Positions 26,933 to 38,799 of a DNA stretch of 64,000 nucleotides are shown here, one piece after another. The notes beneath the pieces were generated by a model. It saw only the letters and a program-made list of their open reading frames with translations. It was not told the DNA's origin and did no database searches. The DNA lies in NCBI RefSeq assembly GCF_006345805.1, contig NC_043015.1, positions 15,500,001 to 15,564,000 of the forward strand, in the 5' to 3' direction. Both the position numbers and the translations under genes were made by a program. Positions within the stretch are counted from its first letter, which is position 1. Every line of letters starts with the position of its first letter. Source of the stretch: Octopus sinensis (lineage: Eukaryota).

Positions 26933-27565
26933 TGGATGATATTTGCTATGAAAAAAAGCTTTGAATAAAAGGGAAGTTACTCTAATAGGCATGAAAAAAA
27001 ATAAAAGATATAGAATATAAAAAATGAAAAAAATTATAAAAAATACACACAACCACATTCTCACAATAGAGAGAAACCTTCTGCATTTGTAAAATCTACA
27101 TACATACACACTCACACAGACATATATAAATATGTCCACACACACATTTACATACTCATATACACATCTCTATACACACATACACATATACATATACATG
27201 CATATATATGTATAAATACACACACACACACATACGTATATATGTATACGCAGCTTCATCCTCACATAGATATATGCCTACTCTTATATTTGACATTTAT
27301 ACAAATAAATATACTCTTATACAAATGTAAACATAAATGCACAGTCGTACAGGAATATATTCATACTCACCATATATATATATATATATATATATATATG
27401 ACGAGTGTGAAGATTTTGGGACCAAATATGGCTAATGCGACTTTTAATCAAATGTGCTGACATTGGTATATTTTCGTTATGGTTTAAGTATTTAGGTGAT
27501 GATTTTTTTCAAAGTTATTTGCGAAAAATGAATATAGTGTCATGCATAGTTCGTTCAAACTTTGA

Positions 27566-29360
27566 CTAACCTGACAATTAAAGAAGCAGACAAAGGAAGT
27601 ATTGTAGTTCTGATGGACACACAACACTATAAAAAACTAGTACTTTCCATATTAGAAAACGAGGCCTTCTACGAAAAAGTTATAAACTATAAAAAAACAA
27701 AAAAAAAACAATGAAAAATCTTGCATCGTTAATTCTTCTACACGGAAAAAGCCTGACAGAAAAAGAAACAAATGTAAACCCAGTCTTTTTTACGGCCTTC
27801 CTATAATACACAAGAGCAAAATCAATGACGCCTGTAAACAATCACTAAGCAAATACGTAAATATCCAAACGCTAGGAGACTTAACTTTAAGACCCTTTGT
27901 AGGTGGGCCAGCCTATGAAACCCACCGCCTAAGCAATTTTCTAGACATACTACTGAAACCCTTGGTGAAATACATCAAAAGTTTCATTAGAGGCGATTTA
28001 GACATGCTAGAACACCTACCAAAAACAATTAGTGAAGCGGCAATATTGGTCACCCACGATGTTATCAATCTTTACACCAACATCCCGCATAACTATGGAA
28101 TAAAAGCAATTAAATTCTGGTTGGAAAAGTACCCCCGAAGTGCTCCTGGAACGCACAAATCAGATCTTTATTATTGAATCTTTAAAATTTATACTTCAGA
28201 ACAATTATTTCCTATTTGATGACACATACTATCGTCAGAAATGCGGAATTGCGATGGAAACGAAAGCAGCCTCTGTTCTTGTGAACCTAATAATGGGTTG
28301 TATTGAATTCATCTTATATGAAGTATCACTTCAGAAATATGGTTACCCATGTTACCTTTACATAAGAGAAAATTGGAAAAGATACCTGGATGACTGTTTT
28401 ATCATTCGGAAGAACATCGACAAACTTTTGAATTTCAAATCAACACTAAATGATATAAATAGTAACATTCAATTCACAATGGAATATAACAAAGAACAGC
28501 TCCCATTTTTAGACATCATGATAAAAAAAGTCAACAATCAAATTATAACTGACATCTATTATAAATCAACTGGCTCAAAACAATATCTCCTCTTTATCTC
28601 ATGCCACCTGAAACATATCACAATAAATATCCCTTTCAATTTGGCAAAAATGATTTGCACAATAGTGTCTGATAGAATATCTTGGGACCTTCGTCTTCAA
28701 GACCTCAAAACAACATCTACCTTCACTTATAGACGAGGGAATTAAACATACCAAAAAATTAGACATAAAAACACTAAGAACAACAAAACATAACACCACA
28801 CCTCATCTCAAAACATTACTATTTATATCAACACACAACCCCAAAAATAGTGAGGCATTCAACACTATTGTGCAAAATCTTCCTCTTCTAACTAGAGATC
28901 CAAAAATGAATGACATCCTGAAAACGCACACACTCATCAAATGCAAAAAGCGACACAAATCGCTAAAGAAACTGCTAACAAATGCGAAGCTTTACAAAAC
29001 AACCACGAAACCAACGGTTAAAAAATGTTAACGCCCAAACTGTGGAACCTGCACCAACATACTTGGCTCGGATTTCCTTTTCAAACAAAGAAAGAGGTTC
29101 ACAATTAAAATTAGTTTCACTTGTGCCTTTAAGAACCTAATTTATGTAATAACTTGCTCGGGTTGCAGACACAACTATATTGGACAGACGAGTATGACCT
29201 TGAGACAGAGAACCACTCTACATGAAGAGCAAATCCGTTTCCCGCAATATCGGCAAATTTCTCCCAATGAACATATAGAAAAATGTGCAGTTAATATCAA
29301 ACCAAATTTCACAGTCTTCCCCTTCTACTAGAGCAAAGACAATTTCCCCACAAGAACGTT
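27566..29360 (+). mobile_element. Penelope-like retroelement, RT plus GIY-YIG endonuclease, defective
   Basis: ADKGS.VVLMD; RPFVGGP; DVINLYTNIP; GIAMETK (GxAMG motif mutated); RYLDDCF; LPFLDI; TDIYYKST; NLIYVITCSGC..NYIGQT. Confidence 0.93.
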
Positions 29361-29691
29361 TAAATAAAGAAACTTGTTTAATTGAAAAATACAGAACACA
29401 TCTTAACATGCACGCATAACAAACTTTTATCTTTCACGATTACATCAATGTACATAAATCCCCTCACTAAACAAGTTTTACGAAGCCTTTTTTTCTTGTA
29501 TATATATTCTCCTCCCCTTACGAAGGCTGAACAGTTATCTCCCTTGCCCACACCAATAACGATAATAATGAAAACCAATTACCTCCCCTTATTTTTCTAC
29601 TTGTGAAATCATTCACTCGTAAATATCATCACACACAACATGGACAAAAATTTTTTCTTAAGAAAATACATATTCAAATAAGTAAACCATA

Positions 29692-29726
29692 ATATCATGA
29701 ATAGTGAAAACGAAACCGGTTGATAT
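29692..29726 (+). ncRNA. Minimal type I hammerhead-like motif in the Penelope 3' terminal region
   Basis: ATATC-ATGAATA-GT[GAAA]AC-GAAA-CCGG-TT-GATAT; helix I 5 bp, G10.1-C11.1, GNRA loop, palindromic ACCGGT helix III. Confidence 0.65.
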
Positions 29727-29823
29727 ATTAACACTATGTAAAGTGTGTGTATTTTCCTTTTTTAATTCCTTATATATATTACAACTTACGATGTGTGGAT
29801 AATTGAAATTCCTCCTTTTCTGT

Positions 29824-29825
<2 letters not shown>

Positions 29826-29888
<63 letters not shown>

Positions 29889-29903
29889 CATATATATATG
29901 TAT

Positions 29904-29936
<33 letters not shown>

Positions 29937-30140
29937 TATATATAATATATATAATATATATATATATATATTATATATATATATGTATGTATATGTATTT
30001 ATATATATGCATATATATATGTATGTATGTATGTGTGTATGTATGTATGTGTGTATGTATGTATATATGTATGTATGTATGTGTGTGTGTGTGTATGTAT
30101 GTATATACGTATGTATGTACACACATATATATGTATGTAA
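29826..30140. repeat. Compound (CT)n(TA)n(TATG)n microsatellite
   Basis: Read directly. Confidence 0.95.
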
Positions 30141-30459
30141 TAATTTTATATTTGGGTATACACCTTGTATGTAGTATGCTGTTTAAAGCCCATTCAATAG
30201 TGTTTGTCTACCTGATGTCATGTATTCATGTAGACAAGTAATACACTACAACCACCAATATGTATTCTAATAGAAATAAGCAAAACAGAGATTTAAAAAA
30301 TGTGGTACCTTTTGATGCACCACAACTGTTAGTATATCATCTCACTCTCACAAGTAAGATGATATGCAAACATCTGAGCATGATGGGTCAAAGCGATAGT
30401 GAATAGTGAATAATAATGAATCTTGTGAATTTCATTTTCTTTTTTCTTCTTATATATAC

Positions 30460-30494
<35 letters not shown>

Positions 30495-30603
30495 CCTGAC
30501 TAAGCACATAAATGTGAAAGAAGGTGAAAAAAAAATAATACTCAAATAAAGGAGTAATATGCTTTATTATTAAAGCTGCAAAAACATCACAAAAATATCG
30601 CAA

Positions 30604-30647
30604 AAACTGCTACTCAGAGTTTCACGTTCCCATTCATTGGGCAGTTT
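30604..30647 (-). ncRNA. Type I hammerhead-like motif, core mutated
   Basis: AAACTGC-CCAATGA-ATG[GGAA]CGT-GAAA-CTCTGAG-TA-GCAGTTT; helix I 7 perfect pairs, GUA site, core CCAATGA. Confidence 0.65.
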
Positions 30648-30654
30648 ATTCTTT

Positions 30655-30856
30655 CATTCTTTCATTTGTTTCTGTCATTTGACTGTGAGCACCACCTTTA
30701 ACTGAGCAAATCGACCCCAGAACTTATTTTTAATATGCCTAGTACTGATTCTATTGGTTTCTTTTGCCGAAGCACTAAGTTACGGGGACGTAAACACACC
30801 TATATCAGTTGTCAAGTGATGGTAGGAGTACAAACACAGACACACAAACATATACG

Positions 30857-30887
<31 letters not shown>

Positions 30888-32345
30888 GCATATATATATA
30901 CAGGGGTTGGACAAAATAATGGAAACACCTAGCATCATAGCATCATAATTTTGAAATATCTATAAAACTGTCAAAAGCTTGTTTATTTTTGTTTTTTGAT
31001 TTATTATTAGTGTTGCTTAATATGTTTTGCTAAAATTGCTGTTTCTTTTCAGATATCATCAGAAAAAGGTAATTAAATTCATTAAAATAACAGATCTGTT
31101 GGACTTTCAAAGAGGTCAAATTGTTGGTGCTCGTATAGCAGGCGCTAGCATAACATAAACAACTGAAATGTTTGGTGTATCAAGATGTACTGTCTTGAAA
31201 GTAATGACAGCCTTTGAGAAAGGGAAAAACCTCCTCGTCGAAACAGAACTCTGGAAGCAACCCAAAACTTTCAGATAGGGACCGTTGGACTCTTACATGA
31301 ATTGTTAGAAAGGATCACAAAAGTACAGCTCCCAAAATTACTGCAGAGCTTAATGACCACCTCGAGAACCCTGTTTCCACAAAAAATGTTCACCAGGAGC
31401 TGCACAAAGCCAGATTTCACAGGAGGGCTGCAATCAGAAAACCACTACTTTCAAAAATAAACATTTCAAAGCATTTAGAGTGGAGTAAAAACCTACAGTA
31501 TTGGTCCCTAGAGCAGTGGAAGAATGTTATTTTGTCGGACGAGTCATCCTTTAACTTATTTCTGGCCACTGGCCAAGTATAAGTGAGGAGACAGCCAAAA
31601 GAAGCATTTGACCCAGACTACCTTCTTCCAACTGTTAAACATGGAGGATGATCTGTGAAGATCTGGGGGGGTTGTATCTTCAAAATTTGTTGGCCGATTG
31701 GTTTCCCTTCATGGCAGAATTAATAGTCAAGACTATTTAAGCATTTTATCTGATCAAATTCATCCTATGGTTGCAGAACTGTTTCCGAAGGGAAACACGA
31801 TCCTTCAGGATGATAATGCACCAATTCACACACCTCAAGTTGTTACTGAATGGCACAAGGAACATTCTAGTGAAGTTGAACATCTTATCTGGCCACCACA
31901 GTCCCCAGATCTCAATATTATTGAACATTTATGGTGCATTTTAGAAAAACAAGTAAGGAGTCGATATCCTCCACTATCATCACAACAAGAACTGGAGACT
32001 GTTTTAGCTGAAGAATAGACAAAAATTCCTTTGGAAACAATTCAAACTTTGTACGAATCCATACTTCATAGAATTCAAGCTGTAATTACTACCAAAGGTG
32101 GTCCTACCCCTTATTAAAATAAATTTGTTTGAAATTTTAAGGTGCTTCCATTATTTTGTTCAACCCCGTATATATATATGATGGGCTTCCATCAGTTTCC
32201 ATCAACCAAATCCACTCACAAGGCTTTGGTTGGCCTGAGGCTATAGTAGAAGACACTTTCCCAAGGTGACACACAGTGGGACTGAACCCAGAACCATATC
32301 GCTGGTAAGCAAGCTACTCACCACACAGCCACTCCTGCACCTATA
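30655..32345 (-). mobile_element. SINE family A split by the Tc1-like element
   Basis: 3' half 30655-30850 and 5' half 32171-32345 on either side of a (TA)n insertion site. Confidence 0.8.
30901..32168 (+). mobile_element. Tc1-like transposon with DD36E spacing, full length, defective
   Basis: TIRs CAGGGGTTGGACAAAATAATGGAAACACCT / AGGTGCTTCCATTATTTTGTTCAACCCCG with TA TSD; LSDESSF, TVKHGG and QDDNAPIH...SPDLNIIE (36 residues D to E). Confidence 0.93.
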
Positions 32346-33328
32346 TATAAGACAGGCTTCTTTCAGTTTTCATCTACCATATTCATTCACAATGCTTTGG
32401 TCAGTCTGGGGCTTTAGTGGAAGACACTTGCCCAAAGTACAGTTCAGTCAGATTGAACCCAAGACCACATGGTTGTAAAGCAAGCTTCTTACTTCCATTG
32501 CCATGTCTATCAACTACATAGACATACCCGCATTCTGTATTTAACAGTTCTATCATACAAAAATCCATGATTTGCTACAAATTCATTTTAGTGAACAAAA
32601 CAGAACATTTATGTATATTTTTCAAAAAATTCCTATTCTTTATAGGTAAAGATATTGATTTCATATAAGCAATAGTATTTATGATTACCAATATTTTTGC
32701 TTGATTAATCCTAATACCTGGTTTGTGTTTCAACAGCCATGGAATTAATCAAGAAAATCAGAACAGATTATCTTTTCTCTTACTGCATTATTTTTTATAT
32801 AATCCTTCATAGCTGATTGTTAATCAATCATTAAATTTTTATATGCAAAAATGCTTCTCTTTCAGTAACTGTATATAAAATGATTACTCTGTACTATAAG
32901 AACTTTAAGTTCATGAGCAAATATAGCATTTGAAACCATGAGTAATATCAATTTTATTGAAATAATAATAAGGATGACACAAATGGACTATTGTAAAGAT
33001 ATATATTTTAGAAGTGGGTATCTGACTGGAACTAATTGCTGTTGCTACTTATAGCTACTTACAGAGTAAAAGGAGAGAGAGTTTACTGAAAGATTATGGA
33101 GTGGGTGAATATTCTTCTTAATAATATTTCCGTATAATCCATTTTTTTAGGTGTCCTAGTAGTTGTAGTTAGCACCATTTCCCCCTTGTTATGGGCTCCT
33201 CAGTACAACATAACTTGAGATCAAGAAAGTAGTTGGTCTATGGTCATCTGAAGCCTTTAAAAATTACGTATTTCTTTTAGGTTTTTTTTTTTGCTCTCAT
33301 GTATTTTATCTTTCATTTTTATCATCTA

Positions 33329-33705
33329 CTAGCAGTATCACCCGGCGTTGCTCAGGTTTGTTTTCTTTTCAACCCTTTAGAATTGAAATTTTTGAAAAGT
33401 AAAAATTTTGCATTATGTAGCTCTTTAAGTGAACATTTTTCTGGTTGAAATACACTAAAAAATGGCAATACAGCAGTCAAAAAATTGTAAAAAATAGGGA
33501 TTTTCATAGAAAAAAAGCACCTTTTTGATGTAAATAATTTTTGGTTTTAATATGGTCCGATTTGAATTTTTCTTCTACAGAATGAAGCCTTCTATTACAC
33601 TTTCACTTTTGGTTAACTTGCGCCACAGGGTCTCGGAGGAGATAGCGTTAGTTGAAACCTACCAAACCTGCCACACACAGACAACTTCAGCTTTATATAT
33701 ATAGA
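33329..33705 (-). mobile_element. Non-autonomous Helitron (377 bp)
   Basis: Minus strand A|TCTATATATATAAAG...CCTGAGCAACGCCGGG hairpin...CTAG|T: canonical TC/CTAG ends inserted in AT, no TSD. Confidence 0.88.
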
Positions 33706-34045
33706 TTTGTGTCTGTCATTGATTGGACTACAACCATGCTGGGACACTGCCTTGAAGGGTTTTAGTTGAATAAATTAAGACTAATTCTTAGTTTTAAGTA
33801 AAATATTTATTCTATTGATTTCTTTTGCTAAACTGCTAATTTAAGGGATATAAACAAACTAATGTTGGTTGTCAAGCAGTGGATGGGGCTAAACACAAAG
33901 ACACACACACATGCATATAGCAGGCTTCCACACAGTTTCCATGTACCAAATTCACTGGGGCTATAATAGAAAACACTTGCCCAAGGTGTTGCACAGTGTA
34001 TTGACCCCATGACCATATGTTTGGAAGCAAGCTTCTTAACCACAC
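33706..34045 (-). mobile_element. SINE family A, diverged
   Basis: Tail, body and head motifs recognisable. Confidence 0.75.
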
Positions 34046-34289
34046 AGCTATACCTGTGCCAATGCAAAATAAAAGAATATATAAATAAATAAAAAAAATT
34101 ATGATGTTCCAAGTTTCCTTGTTGGCCATAGTCCAAAGAATGACTGACACAAGTAAAAGATATAAACAAAAGTTTTGCATCAAATACATCATATAATGTC
34201 AAGAAGGGATGGATTTAAGCCAAAATTTTCAATAAAGGTGCAGGCATGGTTGTGTGGTAAGAAGCTTGCATCCTGCACATGTGTTGGTC

Positions 34290-35290
34290 AATGTTTTCTT
34301 TGCATTGCTAGGAGTCATGTCACTGTACACCAACGTCGGGAATTATTGAACAAGTGAAACACAACTACCAGGTAAGACATTTGTTTTTTTGGGGATTCAG
34401 TGGGGATTTGATGCTCATGTTTATCTATTTCATCGAACAAGAAATCTCCACTGAGTTCCTGGCAAATTGTCTGCCTGTAGTTGTGTTTAAAGTCTCATTT
34501 AGCGGTGAGAAGTGTATTTTGGGGGTGTATCCCTCCTCCTAAATTGTACTTATTTTTTACCATTTTTTGGTGAAATTGTTTTGTGCCCTTACCAAGAGGA
34601 TTGCCGTGTTGGCCAGGAGTACCAGGACAGCCAGAATAGTTTGCTGTGTTTTTTTAACTGTTTCTTGTCTTCTTCCTTCCTTCCTGCATTTTTGTTTTTT
34701 TGAATTCTGTGAACTTTTGTCTTTTGTGAGCTCCCCCCACAAAAAAAAAAACACAGCAAAAAAGACAAACAACACTGCGTTGGAGTGGGAGATTGTCCCA
34801 TACAAACAGTGGATGAAAGACTTTGAAGAGAGGATGGTGGTGTTAAGTACTTACTCAAAGTCACTTGACACCATTGCCCTCCTTCAAAAGACTCAAATTG
34901 AAAAAGAGTTGGCAGAGTATTTGCCAACTATTAAATTCATTTCCAGCCGGAAGAGTCATATATGCAATGGTGTGGTTGCTATTTGACACCCCTGAGGAGG
35001 CTTGCAAATTTGCGAGCCAGCCCTTAGAGGGCAAAGAGATTTTGTTTCTTCCCATATATGGTGGGAAGATGTTGGCAACAGCTTGGGTCTGCGGGTTTCC
35101 ACCCGGAATAGAACCTGAGTAGATAGGGGACACTATCTGCCATGGTCTGTGTGGCAATGGATCCAAGCTGCTTAATGCTAAAATTTTGCTGGCAGCTGAT
35201 TGGGTTGGGTCACAAGCTGTTTTGATCCTGTGGACCCAATCAGCTAAGAATCTGGAACCAGGTCACATCAAATAGAACTGTCCCCAGGAC
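34290..35290 (+). mobile_element. Probable LINE (L1/Tx1-like) 5' region with ORF1 N-terminal remnant
   Basis: GC-richer leader, then EERMVVLSTYSKSLDT.../VWLLFDTPEEACKF...LPIYGG...AWVCGFPPGIEPE, resembling RRM-type ORF1; one frameshift and a stop. Confidence 0.5.
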
Positions 35291-35317
35291 CAGAGTAGGA
35301 TCCTGGAACAGTTGGTT

Positions 35318-35779
35318 GTGTGTGTGTGTGTGCGTGTGCATGGGTGTATATATGTATACATGTATACATGTGTACATATTACATGTACATCTATATATAT
35401 ACATCTACACATATACATGTATACATATACATCTATATATATACATATATATATATGTATATATATATATATGTATACATCTGCACAAATGTATATATAT
35501 ATAGATGTATAGTTATATACATGTTTATACATCTATATATACATATACATTTGTGCAGATGCATACATATATATATATTATATATATATATATATATATA
35601 TGTATACATCTGCACAAATGTATATATATATAGATGTATATATATATACATGTGTATATATATAGATGCATATGTATACATGTATATGTGTAGATGTATA
35701 TATATATACATGTACATGTAATATGTACACATGTATACATGCATACATATATACACCCATGCACATACACACACACACA
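35318..35779. repeat. Large inverted repeat of low-complexity purine-pyrimidine sequence
   Basis: About 35318-35430 is the reverse complement of about 35670-35779 with few mismatches; inner CATCTGCACAAATG unit appears +, -, +. Confidence 0.88.
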
Positions 35780-35787
35780 TATACATA

Positions 35788-35949
35788 GGTGCAGGTGTGT
35801 GGTAACAAACTTGGTTCCAAAACACATGGTCCTGGGTTTAGTCCCACTGTGTGGTGACTTGGCATGTGTCTTCTGTTATAGCTTCAGACCAGCCAAAGCC
35901 TTGTCACTGGATTTTGTAAACAGGAACTGAAAGAAATCAATCGTATATA

Positions 35950-36010
<61 letters not shown>

Positions 36011-36170
36011 ATATATGTAAGTCTATGTGTGTGTCTTTATATCTGTGTTTCTCCCTCATCACTGCTTTACAACTGCTGTTCGTTTATTTACATCCCCATA
36101 ACTTACTGGTTTCACAAGAAGAAACAGATAGAATAAGTACCAGGCTTATCAAAATAAAAAAAAAGCACTA
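35788..36170 (+). mobile_element. SINE family A with expanded central (TA)n
   Basis: Head and tail motifs. Confidence 0.8.
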
Positions 36171-36389
36171 GGCAGTGTCTCATATTTTTGTATGCCCACT
36201 CAGTTGTATCTATCAATTTATCTTTGTGTGTGCGTATATGGATTTCATGGACAGAAACTGAAAGAAATCAATCATATATATATATATGTATATATGTAAG
36301 TGTATGTTTGTGTCTTTGTCTCTGTGTGTCACCCTGTGTCACCCTCATCACTGCTTCACAACTGCTGTTCATTTATTTACATCCCCATA

Positions 36390-37309
36390 ACATCACCAGC
36401 TCCTATTCCTAGACAACCACATTCTGCCATTGGTGATAACACCATCCATAGTGTGGAAGCCGTCATTTTGGGGGATTTCCACATAACTATTCAGCAACTA
36501 ACCCAAGAATTGAAGATAAGTGTAGGGTCTGTGGAAAAAATCATTCATGACCATTCTCACATGCAGAAGTTGTCCGCATGATAGATTCCCAGATGCTCAC
36601 ACCTTTTCAGAAGCAGGAACAAGTCAATTGCTTCCAGGCTCTTTTAGCAAAGTGACAAGAAAATGAAGAGGACTGTTTTGGCAGACTTATCACACAGGAT
36701 GAAACATGTGTCCATCACTATGATCCAGTCAAAGCAGAGAAGACTTGTGTCCAACCCTCGGCACACAAAGTGAAGCTCACAGTCTTCTGAGATCAATGTG
36801 GAGTAGTGATGACAGATTTTCTGGCAAAGGGCACCACAATTAATGGAGCATATTATGCTTTTCTGCTGCAGAAATTGCAAGATGCCATCAAAGCAGAGAG
36901 GCGAGGCATGCTGACCAAAGGAATCAGCTTCCTCCAAGACAGCACACCAGCTCATAACGTGCATGTTCCCCACATGAAAGCACACCCCTGCAGCTGTGAA
37001 ATCCTTCTTCATCCCCCTTACTCTTCTGACCTTGCACCATCTGACTTGCACCTCTTTCCAACCATGAAGTCTTTTTGAAGGGGAAGCACTTTTCAGATGA
37101 TGATGAACTTATTTCCAAGATGATGTCTTGGCTCCAGATGCAACCTACTGACTTCTACTGATGAGGTCTTCACTGCTGCATCAAGAAATGGGAGAAGTGT
37201 GACACCATTGGGGGTGACTATATAGAGACGGACTAATAATTATGCTAAGTTTCCTTTATCCCAGTCCTTGGGAAGTGGGTCAGGGGAAATCTTTAATGAA
37301 CATCCCTTG
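36390..37309 (+). mobile_element. Mariner transposase remnant (irritans/Himar-like), 5' truncated
   Basis: ITQDETCVHHYDP; TINGAYYAFLL; LQDSTPAH; HPPYSSDLAPSDLHLF; probable right TIR ending CATCCCTTG|TA. Confidence 0.85.
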
Positions 37310-37404
37310 TATATATATATATATATATATCACGTGATCATGTGATATATATAATATATATTTAACTCTACACACACATACACACACAGATACACATATA
37401 CACA

Positions 37405-37459
<55 letters not shown>

Positions 37460-38291
37460 ATATATCTGTGTGTGTGGCGAGAGAGAAGGAGGAGAGAGAG
37501 ATGGAGGAGAGAGAGAGAGGTACTGCTCAGAAACCCAATGAAATGACTGAACCACCACATCACACTGAAACTCATCAAACCTACATGACCCTCCCCATCA
37601 CACATACACACACATACACACACACACCCACACATCATGCACACACACACACACAGCGTCACATACATTTCATGCTCATGTACGCATACATGCTACTTTA
37701 CATTTAAACATTTAGATCAAACATGTAATTTAGTTCTTATTTCAGTTTCTTAATTTTCTTGTGCATTCTTAAAAGATTTCTTTTTTCACCATTGTTTGGA
37801 GCTTGAGGAGATTAATATGTCAGGTCTCTAGATTAAGCTAACCTTATTTCATGCATTCTAAAATGGCAGGTATTAATAGCACTGTTTGTAATTGATGAAA
37901 TAAAAGCCTTGGCTGGCATATTGCATTCTTCCCCTGTTTCTAATTGAGCTAAATTTTTATTTTTTATTTATGTGAAATTTTACTAAATTTGGAAAGGTTT
38001 TACCAGTGTTATATAAAAATCTCTTCCGCAGACTTCAATGTTTACACTTGTTGATTTTCCAGTGTGCAATAAACATCTTTGAGTATTCATTTATGTAAGA
38101 TACACAAGTAAATCTTTTGTTTTCTTTCTATCTCAGATATCTCAGATTCTTTTGTTCTATGAAGTTTGTAAATAATGTATGTTTTAAGTGGAGTTAAATT
38201 TAGCTTATATTGATGTCCAACTGAAGGCTGCTAAATCATAGAAAGTTAGACATGCCAGAAGTGTTCAGGAGATCTGAAATTCTATAAAGAT

Positions 38292-38354
<63 letters not shown>

Positions 38355-38680
38355 TGTATGTATGTATGTATGTATGTATGTATGTATGTATGTATGTATG
38401 TATGTATGTATGTATGTATGTATGTATGTATGTATGTATGTATGTATGTATGTAGTATGTATGTATGTATGTATGTATGTATGTATGTATGTAGTATGTA
38501 TGTATGTATGTATGTATGTATGTATGTATGTATGTATGTATGTATGTATGTATGTATGTATGTATGTATGTATGTATGTATGTATGTATGTATGTATGTA
38601 TGTATGTATGTATGTATGTATGTATGTATGTATGTATGTATGTATGTATGTGTATGTATGTATGTATGTATGTATGTATG

Positions 38681-38709
<29 letters not shown>
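38292..38709. repeat. (TA)n then long (TATG)n tract
   Basis: Roughly 95 tetramers with a few interruptions. Confidence 0.97.
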
Positions 38710-38713
<4 letters not shown>

Positions 38714-38799
38714 CTCTTACCTTTTATATGTTTCAGTCATTAGACTGCAGCCATGCTGGGGCACTGTCTTGAGGAATTTTAATAGAATAAATCAATCCC

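Noticed and set aside
518-38772. Many HT/YI/CV/MYVC/LSIY-rich ORFs
   Set aside because: Translations of CA, TA, TATG and CTAT microsatellites.
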